From the NCBI RefSeq assembly GCF_964194025.1, contig NC_134477.1, positions 52,452,001-52,516,000 of the forward strand: a stretch of DNA of 64,000 bases, written 5' to 3'. Source of the DNA: Convolutriloba macropyga (lineage: Eukaryota). Made by a program: the position numbers and the translations under genes. Under the pieces are notes generated by a model that saw only the letters and a list, made by a program, of their open reading frames with translations, was not told the origin of the DNA and searched no databases. Shown here in pieces: positions 63,473 through 64,000 of the stretch (positions are counted from its first letter, which is position 1; the number at the start of each line of letters is the position of its first letter).

Positions 63473-64000
63473 AATAGCCGCCCTCATCTTCTCAGCCGGC
63501 TATTATAGCGCTCCTATTTTTTTTTTACAATTCAAAGAATTTGAATTGTATTGGGGCGCTGTCTTTTTTTTAAGATCTGTTCACACATTTTCATGATTTT
63601 TGAAGTCAAATTGGAGTGGTGATTTTGGTCACGCCGAAACAGGAAATGGATCGAAAAAGCGAGTGCTTTTGCGGCGTGAATTTTTTTCGCTCTAATTTTA
63701 AAGTAGAGTGAGAAAACGGTGTTTGAACAAAAATTCGCTTTCTCGCTAGTGGTTTTTTGTTCACATGCGGCAATTTCACTCTGATTGTTACTGTTTTTTT
63801 TTTCGATTTTTTGGATCGGATTTTTTTCTAAATAGCTTTCCCAATCAATTCACAGCTCATTCTGGACCTAGATTTTTGTTAGAATCAAAATTACATATCT
63901 CACTAGTGGTTTTTTGTTCTCCCTAGCAGCATTTTGACATTGATTTTCTGTTTTTTTTTTGTTTTTTTCATCTGATTTTTTTTAGAAATGGTTTTCCCAA
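63473..64000 (+). mobile_element. HINE-type family B copy without the family C insertion; runs off the window
   Basis: Near-identical to 44396-44490 joined directly to 45497-45770. Confidence 0.82.

Overview
AT-rich, intron-containing, repeat-rich eukaryotic DNA, most consistent with an invertebrate animal (species not determinable from sequence alone). Four host genes can be supported: a two-exon F-box/LRR-like gene (1413-3376,+), an intronless intracellular serpin (7748-8896,-), a two-exon alternative oxidase (AOX)-like gene (16023-16726 joined to 32836-33052,+) and five internal exons of a DHRS7-like short-chain dehydrogenase (42923-61948,+, incomplete at both ends). The most notable observation is the AOX-like gene. 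Its reading frame and splice phase are intact and it aligns almost without gaps to AOX, yet four of the six di-iron ligands and the catalytic Tyr are replaced, mostly by hydrophobic residues, suggesting a conserved pseudo-enzyme. The rest is dominated by mobile DNA: an internally deleted BEL/Pao LTR element with a 5-bp TSD and its empty site in an adjacent duplicate; a decayed Helentron (PIF1 helicase plus AP endonuclease) in the AOX-like intron; three families of non-autonomous Helentron-like (HINE/DINE-1-type) elements, including a triple nest inserted at T-runs; and a ~4-kb tandem triplication in the DHRS7-like intron. All alignments were done by eye against remembered consensus motifs, and repeat boundaries are approximate.
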